64,000 nucleotides of DNA from Dicyema japonicum (GCA_011109175.1 RDEW01000007.1:371712-435711), one strand, 5' to 3'; shown: positions 1-12,865, numbered from the stretch's first letter. Translations and numbers: made by a program. The notes: a model not told the origin generated them from the letters alone.

Positions 1-1960
1 GATAATTCACAAATGTATTTGGCCGCTCGTTTACTACGCCACACAAACCGGAAAAAACGAATAATCATCAAAGACAAAAATGGCAAGACATTACTAATAC
101 TGAAGATCAAGCGGAGGTAATTGCAACACATTTTGAGAACTGTTTGATGTGACTACAGCAATCTCCCATTCAAAGGAAAGCCTAGACCCATAAAAGAACC
201 AATTACAATTTTGGAAGTAAAAACAGCATGTCAAAAACTAAAAAATAACAGAAGCCCTGACCAGATACGATAAACCTAGAATTACTGAAATACGGCCCTG
301 ACCCCCTTTTTGAAAAAATCGCTACACTACTAAATGAAATGTTTTCAACTAACTCAACTTTGCCCTGGAAACGGATTACTAATACCTATACATAACACAA
401 TAAACCCAAAGCAATATTAAAACTTACGACCTATTTATTATCAAATTCTCTACGGAAAGTCTTAGCTAACATTGTATTGGAACGAATAAAAGGACCCGTC
501 TATGAATACCTACCCGAAAGTCAAAGTGGGTTCAGAGAAGGAAGATCAACAGCTGATGCAGTCTGGAGTCACAGATGGATATGTGCAACACATCAAAGAT
601 ATTGCAATGCCACTCACATTCTAGGAATAGATCTATCAAAAGCCTTGACTCGGTTAACAGGAAAAATTGATGACAGTGCTGGGAGGGTTTATTGACGAAT
701 CGAGTCTAAGAATGATTCATATCCTTCTATCTAACACAGAGCTCCTTGTGAGAGTTGGAAAAACCTACAAAGAGAAAATTTGAAACAAACACAGGCACTC
801 CTCAAGGAGACTCCCTTTCTCCGCTACTATTCACAATATACTTGGAGGACGCTATGAGGGAACTGAGACCATTATACCAAGGAAAAATAGAAGAAGTGAT
901 TTATTCTGATGATGTCGACCTAATTTCTAAAGACAAAGAACTCCTGGAGCATGTGCTAGAAAAAGCACCAGATATACTTGGGAAATGGTTTCTCACCGTG
1001 AACAGGGAAAAAAGAGAACGGACAGATATAAGACGAATGAATAACTCACTCGAGAGAAATGGAGACACATAAAGAAACTTGGCTCTTTACAAGGAGATAG
1101 CGAAGAAATCATTCGAAGAAAAAAATTGGCAAATGCGGCATTACACAGGCTGAAAAATCTTTGGCTAAAACGAAAGGGTATAACATAAAACAAAGGATTA
1201 TGTTATACGACACCTTCTTCAAACAATCCTACTATACAACTCTGGGACCTGGGCCACCTCTAAAAAGGAATTGGAGAGGCTAGACTCATTTCACTGGAAT
1301 CAACTATGAAACATAAATGGAATGTCCTGGCCATCCAATATCTCGCGGAATGGACTGTACAATAAGTGTGACTGTATACCATTAAGCCACGAGATCATTA
1401 GCTCTCGTTGGAGACTTTTTGGACATGTCCTGAGTTCGGACCCGATATCCCATCCGAATATCGCAATGGAAATTACTACTCCTCCAATGTATAAAGCTTT
1501 CGTGGAAGACCGAGAACTACCCTCCCGTCGTTCTACAAAACGATCTGAAAGCCGTGAAGAAAACATTAGCATCTGGTGACGGACTCACTGAGGGACCTAG
1601 CAAAAAAGTGCAATAAGGATAATTCCTCCTCATTGAAACTTTCCGCAATCGAGGAGAGTGCAATAAGGATAATTGGACCAGAACACAAAATCCAGCCCAT
1701 TGAAAATTTCTTAATCGAATTACAACGGAAACTCTTAAAGGAGGCTAGTTTACCGAGCTGCCCTCTATTCCATACACTATCGAAATATCTACAATCATCA
1801 GAAATTTTGAGCCGATGCCTTGTCCAATGAGAAGAGCTGTTCAAGATTCTCGACCCCGCCGGACTCGTTCTCTCTTTTGTCAGTCTGGGATCACTTAGTT
1901 AGATGAGAACTTTTAATTCTTTCTTTTTGACCCAGTGATCCTGGGGTAATAATAATAATA
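1..1960 (+). mobile_element. Composite non-LTR retroelement: RTE-clade RT (frameshifted) joined near 1605 to the 3' end of an I/Jockey-like LINE; (TAA)n tail; runs off the window's left edge
   Basis: RT motifs GFREGRST, GTPQGDSLSPLLF, YSDD and RWRLFGHVL across frames; 3' segment KLSAIEESAIRIIG...PSCPLF; stem-loop CCCAG-TGATC-CTGGG (1931-1945) then TAATAATAATAATA; near-identical inverted copy at 10611-12570. Confidence 0.9.
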
Positions 1961-1984
1961 TGCTTGAGCTCTTCTTTGAGGTGA

Positions 1985-2200
1985 TTTGAGTGACGCCGTC
2001 AACAGTGGATACTCACTGCGGAACTGGATTGACTAGAAAGGGCCACACACAAGAAAAAGAAAATAGAAGTGAAGATCGTTCCTTGGTTTTACGATTAGTT
2101 AAAATTAACTGTTCTTTACTTAAATAAAGTGTGTGTCCTGCCTATGCGGAGCTATAAATATTATGGCTCTTGTGAAAAAACCGTTATTATTATTATTATT
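1985..2200 (+). mobile_element. LINE 3'-terminal fragment with (TTA)n tail
   Basis: Motif ACTGTTCTTTACTTAAA...GTGTCCTG shared with ~52828-52862 and partly ~58385-58410; ends in TTATTATTATTATTATT. Confidence 0.5.
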
Positions 2201-2209
2201 TATATTAAT

Positions 2210-2976
2210 GTTTTCACATATAATAATCACTCCACTTTAGCATCAATAATTTCCTCGTCGACATTATAATCTTCACAAAGATGCTGTAAAAAAATGTATC
2301 CTGTAACATTTTAATTCATCACTATGTTGACTAATGAAAACATTAAAAAATTCTGTTGTCATTCAACCCCTTTTATTTACATAGTACAATATTTTTCAAA
2401 GTGAAAATCTTTTAAAAATCTTGGAACTTTATCTTCCTTTAAATCTGTGCAGTCTTTACTAACTTCAAAATCATTGATTCCAAGCTTTTCATCAAATACT
2501 TTAGCTTATGCAAATGATCAGTAATAAAACCATTAATTTCATCCATTCAACTAGTGAATTATCAAGTTGATGACGTTTACCACTTGGCTCTTGACTTGTT
2601 TATCTTATTTTCACAGTTTTCCAACTTTCATGGTTTTTAAGAATTTCTGAAAGTGTAGAAATTCCTAAAATAAGAGTTCATTTTTATTTCACAGATATGG
2701 ATAATTCTCTGAGAGTCATATTTGATGTATTTTTATTTCACAAATATTATTTTTTTCCAACAAATTACTGCTAGATTTTAAATTTAAATGTAAATTCATC
2801 TGAATGTAAAATAAAACAAAATAAATTAATCCGAAATTTTTAATAAATGTCTATCGGATTACGGATTATGAAGTTTCGGTTTATTGAAACCTGTTTGTAA
2901 GGAAACTTTGTAAAATTTTGCTAACTCATCAAAAAATTCGGATAATTGAAGTTCGAATTAATGAGGGTTCACTGTA
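2210..2976 (-). mobile_element. pogo/Tigger-like transposon remnant (left end and HTH region)
   Basis: Minus strand begins TA-CAGTGAACCCTCATTAATTCGAAC (Tigger-type terminus); decayed translation MTLRELS...ISTLSEILKN...LDNSLVEWMK resembles psq-HTH plus CENP-B HTH. Confidence 0.65.
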
Positions 2977-3071
2977 ATTTCTTTTACTTAAAAATATAAA
3001 AATATATTTATTGTTTAAAGTCAAATTTTTTTTAAATTAACTTAATTATAAATTCTAGATTTTGTTAGAAA

Positions 3072-5110
3072 ATGGAAATACCCTCATTATATGCGCATTG
3101 CCTTGATCATATTCAAACAGACTTTGATGAGAAAAAATATAAAAAATTAAATGAAAAAACTAAGAAAATGATTTTTAAAAGTTTATTTAAGGGAATGCTA
3201 TATCCAAAGATCCATATCTAAATGATGAGATAAATCACACAAATTCAAAGTTACACAAGATTTCTGATTTTGTTCAGAAAAATGTTTTCTGTGTTGAACT
3301 TACTCCTGACATTGACGTTAATGATGTTGTAAAGATGATTCAAGTTTATCCGAATTTATCGAACATTAAATTATCCAACATGACTTCATCAGAAAAGAAT
3401 CCTTTATTACCATTCTCACCCAATAACGTCAAATCATTTACACTTGAGCTATATAATGACCCAGATTTACTACATTCCCTATTTATGACTGGATTTAACA
3501 AAATAACATCTCTTGAACTTGGCTATATGTGTTATAGTGAAAAAATTTTTAAAAATAGCACAATTAAAATAATGGATAAAGTGGAACACATCTACTTTAT
3601 GAACATTGTAATTATAGATTTTGAAGAATTTGCTGCTAACTTAAACTGTCCAGAGGCGCTGTGGTTTAATTTATATAAAATTCAGTTATTTTACGCAAAT
3701 GAATAATCGTCATTTTAATGAAACAGATGATACTTTTAAAGTTAATTGTATTCCTCTTCTCGAAAAAACCAACAATCTTAAATTTCTCGACTTATCGGGA
3801 TGTATTGTAGACATGGAGAAATTAACGAAGTTATCGATTATAATAATCATAGCTACTTGCAAAAAAGGATTTAAGAAAAATCATTTTGACAAATTTATAA
3901 ATTTCAATGTGAATATATATGAATCAGTAATTTTGACGATATAATATAGAATGAAAAAGAATTACTTATAACTAGCTTAATCAGGTCTCTCTTCATGTTC
4001 AGAAATGTAGATGATTTGTATGAAATCTTAAATTGGATTTTCAGTTCGAATTACAAATTCCGATATAAATTATTAAGTCGGTTTTTGAAAGTATTTTGAA
4101 AACATTAGTTTAGTTTTTGTGTCTTAAATCTAATTTTGAGTATAGAGATCCATATGAATTCTTGTAAGTGAATTATTTTACTCCAGCTTTATCTTAGCCA
4201 GGATTATTGAAAACTATCAAATATCGCATTTTAACCGTCGGTATGTGTTGATTTTATATTTAGTGTGATTTATTATGGGATTTGTAAATTTTTCGAGTAT
4301 TACCGAAGTATTCGTTACGAAATGGTAAATTAATTTAAAATTTAAGGATTTTTGTGATTGTTTAAAGTTATTTCATTTTTTAAAACCATGGGAATCATCA
4401 ATTTTCGTTTGCAAACTTTTCATTTTAGTTGCCTTCGTTTTCATTCATCCTTAAAGGAATTTCTTGTTGGGATGAAGACTATAGTCACGATTACGATACA
4501 TATCGTTCTATTTTAAAAGATTTGAGCATAGAATATCTGACTTTTCTTGGATTTTCCGGACTTGTGAAAGTTTAAAATTAATGACAGGATTATTTTAGTA
4601 TTGCTTTGATTCTTGTGAAACATGCTACAACATGGGTTTTTGCATATTTAATTTTTTGAGATATCTTCTAGGTATTTGAAATATATTTTTTTAGATGAAA
4701 ATGAAAAAAATGTGGATTTGTTTGTTGATTTGGATGGAATTGCTCGAATTCACAATATTTTTGAACGATTTTCATTAGAAGCGGATCGAAACCTTAATAT
4801 CATATTTATGAGTATAGAGATCATAATTCCAATTATTAAAGTTGTAGAAACTCTAGCTAAATTTCCAAACGTAAGAGGTTTACTTGTTTCGTGTGGAATA
4901 ATAGAAGATTTATTGTAAAGTCGGTGTTTCATTAAAAGGAATCCTGATTACGATCAACTTAATTTTAATGCGCACTATTTTATCTGGAGTTGCATGTGTC
5001 TAATACTAGGAGATCCAAATATTATTCTTCCAACATTTTTAAAATTGAATATCGGTGATTTGAGTCCAAAAGATTTCATTCTAAATAGGATTTGTCAATT
5101 TATCAAAGAA
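3072..5110 (+). pseudogene. Frameshifted gene for a BC-box + LRR + possible ARM-repeat protein (ZYG-11/ZER1-like architecture, tentative)
   Basis: ATG at 3072 gives MEIPSLYAHCLDHI (S-L-xxx-C-xxx-I, BC-box pattern); continues via ORFs 3335-3706 and 3699-3944 (LRR-like NLKFLDLSGC) and 4676-4918; several stops and frameshifts. Confidence 0.35.
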
Positions 5111-5789
5111 AATCCATATGAAGCAGACTGTGACATCCATAGTAGGTAGTTTAATTTTCTATGTCGTAGGTCTATGATACCAACAATAAAATTATTAAAT
5201 ATGAATACAGACGAGCGAATTTGGCTTTGGGTTGTGTGGGAATTTGCTAATTTAACCACTAAATCTCGTTATTCTTTACTTTAATATTAGCAAATCTTTT
5301 CATGGACATGTTGATTCCCCATAATATAATTCAGAAAATTGAGAATATATGTAGTCAATCCAACATGGAAGAGATCCATTCCTACGCTGAGATTTTTAGA
5401 ACAAACTACAATGTTGTTATTTTAATTATTTTAGGATTATGTTAATCATCATTAATTAAGTATTCTAGTCAACTAATCTCTTTATTAATAACTTATTAAC
5501 AATATTCATTTCTTATTCGATGTTACCTCGGCTTGCAACTTATTTACTTCTTAACTGATTTTTTTCTTAAATTCAAAATATGTTCTTAACAATAATTAAA
5601 TGTTAACCTACACACAATATTGATTTATAAAAACTCATTTTGCTATTTATTTAAAAATAAAAATTTAGAATTTTTCTATCTCGGGGACCTAAATCGTTCT
5701 TTATACCTGAATCGGTTATTTACTCTTAAACATTTTTTGACTACGTTTCTCAAATTTTTCTTAATTATTTATAATTTTTCTCATCGGTT

Positions 5790-6200
5790 GAGTTTGTGAT
5801 GACGTCTCTATTATTATGTCTTAATCTTTTCTCTGAGAATGTTTAATTGAAGAGGACTTAAACAACCTTACAAGAAACACCAACTGACATGCGATCTAAC
5901 AAAATAAACATCTCTCTCTGCTGTCTACAAGAGACAAAAACGACCGTAGAATGTACAGAACTGTATGGCAAATTCCACCCTTTTACCCCTTCATCAGCCT
6001 GCCAAAATTATCAGATTTGCAGTCCATCAGTACCTGATCCACTGTGATACAAGAGTGTGGCAGCATCTGATCGTGCCGCTGTGCTCCAAATCGGAAATAA
6101 AATCTACTCAGTCATTTCCATTATAATTTACATACCCTAATCGGGCAAAGTCTTAACAAAAATCGAAAAGCTGGACGCATTTTCTCATTTTCACGGATGT
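5790..6200 (+). mobile_element. RTE-clade AP-endonuclease 5' fragment (decayed)
   Basis: Homologous to 44720-45150; CCLQETK motif. Confidence 0.7.
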
Positions 6201-7034
6201 TAATGAAAAATTCTCTTAGAGTAAAATGGTACTCATAACCAAATTAATGTACATGACTTCACTGACTTATGTGATGGCTGAGGACATCTCTAAAACTTTC
6301 ACTTTCCTATTACTACTTTTATTTTCATTTGTTTCAAAGAACTTATTTTAATAGTTTACTAACCACGTGTTTGTGTGGAACTACTTCTGCCGCATTTCAT
6401 TGAAGAACTTCTCCAGGCGATTCGACCGTTTTTGCCTCCGACAGCGGAACAAAGTAGTTTGTGGTGTAATCCGTCTAGTTGCTCGGAGAGTGATTCCTCT
6501 TCACGTGATGACGGCCACTACGCGATTGCTACTGGGAGATACAAATACGCTTACCGTACTGTTTCACCTCAAATTGGTAGTGGATTTGATCGAGGTTCTG
6601 CGTCAGTTGCCGAAATGCCCACTAAGGTTCAGGAATCTTTCGACTTGAGACCTGCTGCTGCCTTTATTTTGACAAGGATGCGAGGGAAGATCAGGGGAGT
6701 TCTCTTTTATCAAATATTTTTATTATTATTTATTGTCACCGTCCGTACGTAGAACTCCGTCGTACGTGGAACTCTATTGATTTTTTTTGCATTTCTATAG
6801 CATTTATCATGACTCTAATTATTTTATTTAGTTAAAAATACAATTTTTTCAAATCCATTGTATGTATGCATTAATTATTCATTCAAAATATAATATTAGA
6901 ACAACCAGAAACAATTGAATACAAATAATGTAAAAAATGTTATTAGACATTTAAATAAAAAACTAGGCGAAAATTAACTTTTAATATTAAAAAATTATTC
7001 TTTTCTTTGCTATTTCCCTTACTAACTTAAATTA

Positions 7035-7503
7035 GTTCCATGCAAGCCGCAAAACAAAAGGAAAATTATTATGACAACCAGTGACCTGTCTCGGATGTTA
7101 TCATCCATTCCTTCCATCCCCAATGACAGAAGTCGTCTGAAACAGATACACGATTTTGTTTCTACGAGAAGCTTCCGAAGACTCAGAGACAATAAAATAT
7201 TACAGCGACCCCTCCTCTAATAGACCAATCAGAATCCTCTCTTTCAAGGGACGTGCGAGTAAACCTGGCTCGTCTACGATGTGGGCACCATCCATATCTA
7301 CCAGCTTATGATGTACTCTGCCCCTTTTGCAACCTCCACGTGCTGACAACAAATCACCTATTTCAATGTCATGAATTGGCACAACATTTTCCACAATGCC
7401 TGAACTTACCGATCTATGGGAGCGACCAACATCTGCTGCGTACTATTTAATAGCCGCTGGCCTCCTACAAGTTAGTGAGGCTGGGGTTACTTAACTAACT
7501 AAG
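7035..7503 (+). mobile_element. 5'-truncated I/Jockey-like LINE 3' end with CCHC knuckle; (CTAA)n tail
   Basis: NKILQRPPP..DVRVNLARLRCGHHP...CPFC...TTNHLFQC..DLWERP; tail AACTAACTAAG. Confidence 0.8.
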
Positions 7504-7537
7504 TTCTATACCGTTAAAACTCCTACTCAAACAAAAA

Positions 7538-7680
7538 ACCTAAACCCTAACCCTAGTCTTTAATCCAAACACTAATCCCTAACCCTAATCTATAACCCAT
7601 AACCATAAATATAAACCCTAACTTTAAATCGTAATTTTTATCCTTAAACCTAAAAATATCATAAAACCTATCCCCTAGCC
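7538..7680 (+). repeat. Degenerate interstitial telomere-like (CCCTAA)-type repeats
   Basis: CCTAAACCCTAACCCTAG, ATCCCTAACCCTAATC, AAACCCTAAC, AAACCTAAAA and variants. Confidence 0.6.
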
Positions 7681-7789
7681 ATGTCTAATTTTAACCATAA
7701 CTTTGACAAATTCAAATCCATCTCCGAAAAGATTAAAAATATTTCTTGAATGGAAAGTCATTTAAAATAAACTTCTAACTATGCTTTGG

Positions 7790-8130
7790 TGGACTATCAT
7801 TATTACCGAGTTGCCACCATCTATGTGGACCATAGTTCCTTGTATATCCACTACTAGATAAACTGTAGTGTCCAAGTGCTCATATAATTGACCTTTTTCG
7901 TTGTTTGATTGAAGTCACAGTCCATTCGTAGAATGACTCTGTCTCCTACATTCAACGATTCCTCATCATTTTTCCATCTTCTTTTCTTTCGCATTTTTTC
8001 TGCAGCTACCAAAGTATGCATTCGTGCAGAATCCCGTAACAATGATAGGTCTTCATCTTCATATTGTAATAATCTATTTAAGCGTTCATCAGATATTTCT
8101 GGCGGATAATCCAATTCATTAAAAATCTTG
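7790..8130 (-). mobile_element. Ginger/gypsy-type integrase C-terminal fragment
   Basis: ORF 7854-8114 LNVGDRVILRMDCDFNQTTKK resembles the C-terminal part of the integrase element at 56.3-57.8 kb. Confidence 0.5.
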
Positions 8131-8380
8131 AAAGGAGCATGTTTGGTGGTCTCGTGATCTCCCAGACTGGATTGATATTTTCCCAGAGTTCCATCAGTAG
8201 AAAAAACGGATAATAACCATTTTTAAGAAATTGATTTAACCTTTAAATTATCATATAAATTATACCTCTCTACCTGGCCTTAAACCCATGTGCTCTTGGT
8301 CGTCCAAAAATATGTTTAACATTTAGCCTGTTACAAATTTCTCTAAGAAAAGAGTTTCTGAACTCTATCGTCCTCTAAAA

Positions 8381-8459
8381 ACTATCAATGAGGCTAGTCT
8401 CCAAATGCCCCGTTTACTTTTTACTATCAATGAGGCAAGTCTCCAAATGCCCCGTTTAC
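8381..8459. repeat. 42-bp tandem duplication (2 copies)
   Basis: ACTATCAATGAGGC(T/A)AGTCTCCAAATGCCCCGTTTAC at 8381 and 8423. Confidence 0.9.
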
Positions 8460-8559
8460 CCTGATATTCAGAAATTAATTAAAATGCATGAAAACCAAGG
8501 CTCTCATTAAATAGTTAAAAAAAGATTTTAAGTCCCTAAATTTAATTAAAAAAATTAAA

Positions 8560-8626
8560 TAAGTCTTTGTTTCTTTGGTACACTGACTTTTTTTTGGTAC
8601 ACCAAAAAAAAGGTTGAGAATCACTG
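8560..8626 (+). mobile_element. hAT (Charlie-type) right terminus
   Basis: AAAAAGGTTGAGAATCACTG matches typical Charlie-type 3' ends. Confidence 0.5.
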
Positions 8627-8691
8627 CTATAAATCATCTATAAAATCTAGGACAGAATGGATTTTTTGCTTTAACTAATTTAATCAAACAT

Positions 8692-9640
8692 TCAGTTAAT
8701 CGATACTCCTTTACAAATTTGGAACCAATCGGTATCTCCATACACTGTTCTAACAATAGCTTCTTGATTTTTATAAAGAGATTTGATAAGCAATATCAGA
8801 TGGGTATCAAATCCAAATTCTTTTAAAGCGGACCACAGCTTGTCATGTATAACGGAATCAAAAGCTTTCCGATATTCAATGAAGCACATGTATACATTCT
8901 TTTGAATTCATGAGCTTTCTCCATAATTCACAGGACATTTACTATATGGTCACATGTGCTTCGTCTTTTCCTGAATCCTGCTTGGACATCCAGTAGAATC
9001 ATTTCGGCTTTTGCCATTAGACGATGTTGTATTATCTTTAGAAGATGTGGGGAATTAAGGTGGGGAATTAAGGCTATTGTACGATAGTTTGAACAGTCCT
9101 TGCTATCCTCTTTTTTCGGTATTGAAATAAATATAGATCTTTTCCACTCGCGTGGCCAAATACCAGTTTCCCAAATTTTTTGACATAGACTGGTGATAGC
9201 TGTCACCGGTAATAGCCTTCAACTATTCGCTTAAGATGTTGTCAATCCCCGGTGCCTTGCTCCCCGTTAATTGCCGTGTAGCCCACACGGATTTTATGCT
9301 CCTCACCTAACGTTGCTTCATCACACAGTTTCTAAATATAGCCGTTCCGTATATTATCTCCAACGATTTCGGATGTTCTGTTGGCTTAGCAATTCTACAC
9401 CATTATTGTCCTTGATTTTGCCAATCATTTTCGTAAAGGGGGTTCGTAATCTTTTAGTTTAAATACGCATTCTAGTGTGACCTCTCTTATAGTCGTCTTC
9501 CATTTTTTGCAGCGTAACCTCCAGTAGTCTTCTTTATTTTTCCTGGCTGCCTTTTTGAATTCAGACTTAAGTAACGTTGCTTCCAATTAGATCGTAGGAG
9601 AGTTTGCTCATAAGATTTTTTGGCATTTAAATACAGGGTA
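8692..9640 (-). mobile_element. RTE (BovB-like) RT fragment
   Basis: WPREWKRSIFISIPKK..NYRTIALI..QAGFRKRRST; FIEYRKAFDSVIHDKLW. Confidence 0.85.
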
Positions 9641-9644
9641 GTTT

Positions 9645-10612
9645 GCCAGGTCTTTCCCCATCAAAAACTCTTATATTGGGATAAGTTTCAGAGAATGTAT
9701 AAACACCACTTATACGATATCATAATTGCCTCTTACCATCTCGACCTAACTGTTGCTTCTATGGTCCAGCAAGATAATATTGACGAAATTTCATTTTGGA
9801 TGGACCAAATATCTCCTCACCCATTCTAATGAAAAGTCATCAATGATGCTTTCACTACAGACTGTCGTAAATTCAACTTGGAACCAATGTTATTAATGAA
9901 CAATGCTCTCTTCTCTGTGGTTAAAAACCCTAAAATACTTGATGTGATAATACTTTCTTGTCATTTTCAAAACATGTCTTTTCTGTATGTGAGAAATCTC
10001 ACAAGAAGCTCAATGTAATCCGGGCCGTGGCGGGTACGTCATTTGGCCAAAACAAAGATAGCTTGACCACTATCAGAACAACGATGAACTATGCTATTCC
10101 TGCCTGGGGTCTATGTTTATCAGTAACAAACATAGAAACAATACTAACGACTAAAAAACTCTGCTCCAGCTCAATGCATTTGGGTCTCCACAAAGTAAAG
10201 GAGAATTATTCCTACTTTTGGTGATCAAATTCGGATTCTAAAAACCATCCCAGAGACCGAGTCCTCTCAATCACGAAAGCGAACAATCCATCCATGATTC
10301 TATCTATTGTTTAAGTAGCTTACACCATCTATTGTTAAGTGAGAGTATTCCATCTATTGTTTAGGGAGCGAAGCTCCCATACCGTGGGAAGTTCGCATCT
10401 AATTGGCGCGCATTTGAATTTACACTCGTATCTGTACAGGATTATACAATGTCCTCTCCACTATGCCCATCATGCTTTCATTGGATCTACCTTACTGAGG
10501 AGACGCCCAATGCCTGGCCGGCATCAAGAGGATCCACTATTCTTCCCCGGGGACAATCTCGTTGCCTAGAGACAAGTTCTGAAATGCTGGAACGAATCAG
10601 AATCAAGGAGTT
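9645..10612 (+). mobile_element. 5'-truncated I/Jockey-like LINE (late RT region plus CCHC 3' end)
   Basis: VVKNPKIL..SFSKHV..KKLNVIRAVAGTSFGQNKDSL..MNYAIPAW; 3' end homologous to 30637-30780, 33071-33220 and 62230-62330. Confidence 0.75.
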
Positions 10613-12665
10613 ATTACTATTATTACCCCCAGGATCACTGGGTCAAAGAGAAAGAAATCAAAATTCTCATCTAACTAAGTGATCCCAGACCGACAAAGGT
10701 GAGGACGAGTCCGGCGGGGTCGAGAATTTTGAACAATTCGTCTCATTGGACTGTATGATTGTGGATATTTCGATAGTGTATGGAATAGAGGGCAGCTCGG
10801 TAAACTAGCCTCCTTTAAGAGTTTCCGTTGTAATTCGATTAAGAAATTTTCAATGGGCTGGATTTTGTGTTCTGGTCCAATTATCCTTATTGCACTCTCC
10901 TCGATTGCGGAAAGTTTCAATGAGGAGGAATTATCCTTATTGCACTGTTTTTTGCTAGGTCCCTCAGTGAGTCCGTCACCAGATGCTAATGTTTTCTTCA
11001 CGGCTTTCAGATCGTTTTGTAGAACGACCGGGAGGGTAGTTCTCGGTCTTCCACGAAAGCTTTATACATTGGAGGAGTAGTAATTTTCCATTGCGATATT
11101 CGGATGGGATATCGGGTCCGAACTCAGGGCATGTCCAAAAAGTCTCCAACGAGAGCTAATGATCTCGTGGCTTAATGGTATACAGTCACACTTATTGTAC
11201 AGTCCATTCCGCGAGATATTGGATGGCCAGGACATTCCATTTATGTTTCATAGTTGATTCCAGTGAAATGAGTCTAGCCTCTCCAATTCCTTTTTAGAGG
11301 TGGCCCAGGTCCCAGAGTTGTATAGTAGGATTGTTTTGAAGAAGGTGTCGTATAACATAATCCTTTGTTTTATGTTATACCCTTTCCGTTTTAGCCAAAG
11401 ATTTTTCAGCCTGTGTAATGCCGCATTTGCCAATTTTTTTCTTCGAATGATTTCTTCGCTATCTCCTTGTAAAGAGCCAAGTTTCTTTATGTGTCTCCAT
11501 TTCTCTTCGAGTGAGTTATTCATTCGTCTTATATCTGTCCGTTCTCTTTTTTCCCTGTTCACGGTGAGAAACCATTTCCCAAGTATATCTGGTGCTTTTT
11601 CTAGCACATGCTCCAGGAGTTCTTTGTCTTTATAAATTAGGTCGACATCATCAAAATAAATCACTTCTTCTATTTTTCCTTGGTATAATGGTCTCAGTTC
11701 CCTCATAGCGTCCTCCAAGTATATTGTGAATAGTAGCGGAGAAAGGGAGTCTCCTTGAGGAGTGCCTGTGTTTGTTTCAAATTTTCTCTTTGTAGGTTTT
11801 TCCAACTCTCACAAGGAGCTCTGTGTTAGATAGAAGGATATGAATCATTCTTAGACTCTATTCGTCAATAAACCCTCCCAGCACTGTCATCAATTTTTTC
11901 CTGTTAACCGAGTCAGAGGCTTTTGATAGATCTATTCCTAGAATGTGAGTGGCATTGCAATATCTTTGATGTGTTGCACATATCCATCTGTGACTCCAGA
12001 CTGCATTAGCTGTTGATCTTCCTTCTCTGAACCCACTTTGACTTTCGGGTAGGTATTCATAGACGGGTCCTTTTATTCGTTCCAATACAATGATAGCTAA
12101 GACTTTCCGTAGAGAATTTGATAATAAATAGGTCGTAAGTTTTAAATATGTGCTTTGGGTTTATTGTGTTTTTGTATAGGTATTAGTAATCCCGTTTCCA
12201 AGGGCAAAGTTGAGTTAGTTGAAAACATTTCATTTAGTAGTGTAGCGATTTTTTCAAAAAGGGGGTCAGGGCCGTATTTCAGTAATTCTAGGTTTATCGT
12301 ATCTGGTTCAGGGCTTCTGTTATTTTTTAGTTTTTGACATGCTGTTTTTACTTCCAAAATTGTAATTGGTTCTTTTAAGGGTCTAGGCTTTCCTTTGAAT
12401 GGGGGGATTGCTGTAGTCACATTAAAAAGTTTCTCAAAATGCGTTGCAATTACCTCCGCTTAATCTTCAGTATTCAGTAATGTCTTGCCATTTTTGTCTT
12501 TGATGATTATTCGTTTTTTCCGGTTTGTGTGGCGTAGTAAACGAGCGGCCAAATACATTTGTGAATTATCTTTTAGTTTGGATACTTAATTGATTTTGCG
12601 AAGTAGTTCTTTTTGGTGGAGTGTCTTGTTCAGTCTCCTGATTTTTCTACGGATTTGATCCCTCT
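10611..12665 (-). mobile_element. Second copy of the composite RTE / I-like-3'-end retroelement
   Basis: Reverse complement of 1-1960 with few substitutions and small indels; YFDD at the RT active-site loop; homology ends at the (TAA)n tail. Confidence 0.9.
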
Positions 12666-12865
12666 GGTAAATTTCTTAAGAAGAAATTGTCGATCCCGTC
12701 ACAACCTGGGGACTTACAATTCGGAAAATATTGAATCGTTTGTTCAAACACATTTTTAACACCGTCATTCTATTTCCGATATTAAAACTTTCGGAATTTA
12801 GACTCCTTTTTTCCATAATCCTTCCCATAAATAAGCGCATTTTTCATTATCAAATGAGGAATTAT
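12665..12865 (-). mobile_element. Short R4/Dong-like (RLE-type) non-LTR fragment wedged between the I-like and RTE parts
   Basis: Minus translation ..YLWEGLWKK.. FEQTIQYFPNCKSPGCDGIDNFFLRNL matches FEAVVRHLPDWKTTGVDKVYNFFIKR of the element at 16.4-18.1 kb. Confidence 0.65.

Noticed and set aside
6367-6752. Overlapping ORFs of 93 and 125 aa as a host gene
   Set aside because: No recognisable motif, signal or splice structure; left unassigned
7538-7680. True chromosome end
   Set aside because: Repeats are degenerate, short and internal to continuous sequence
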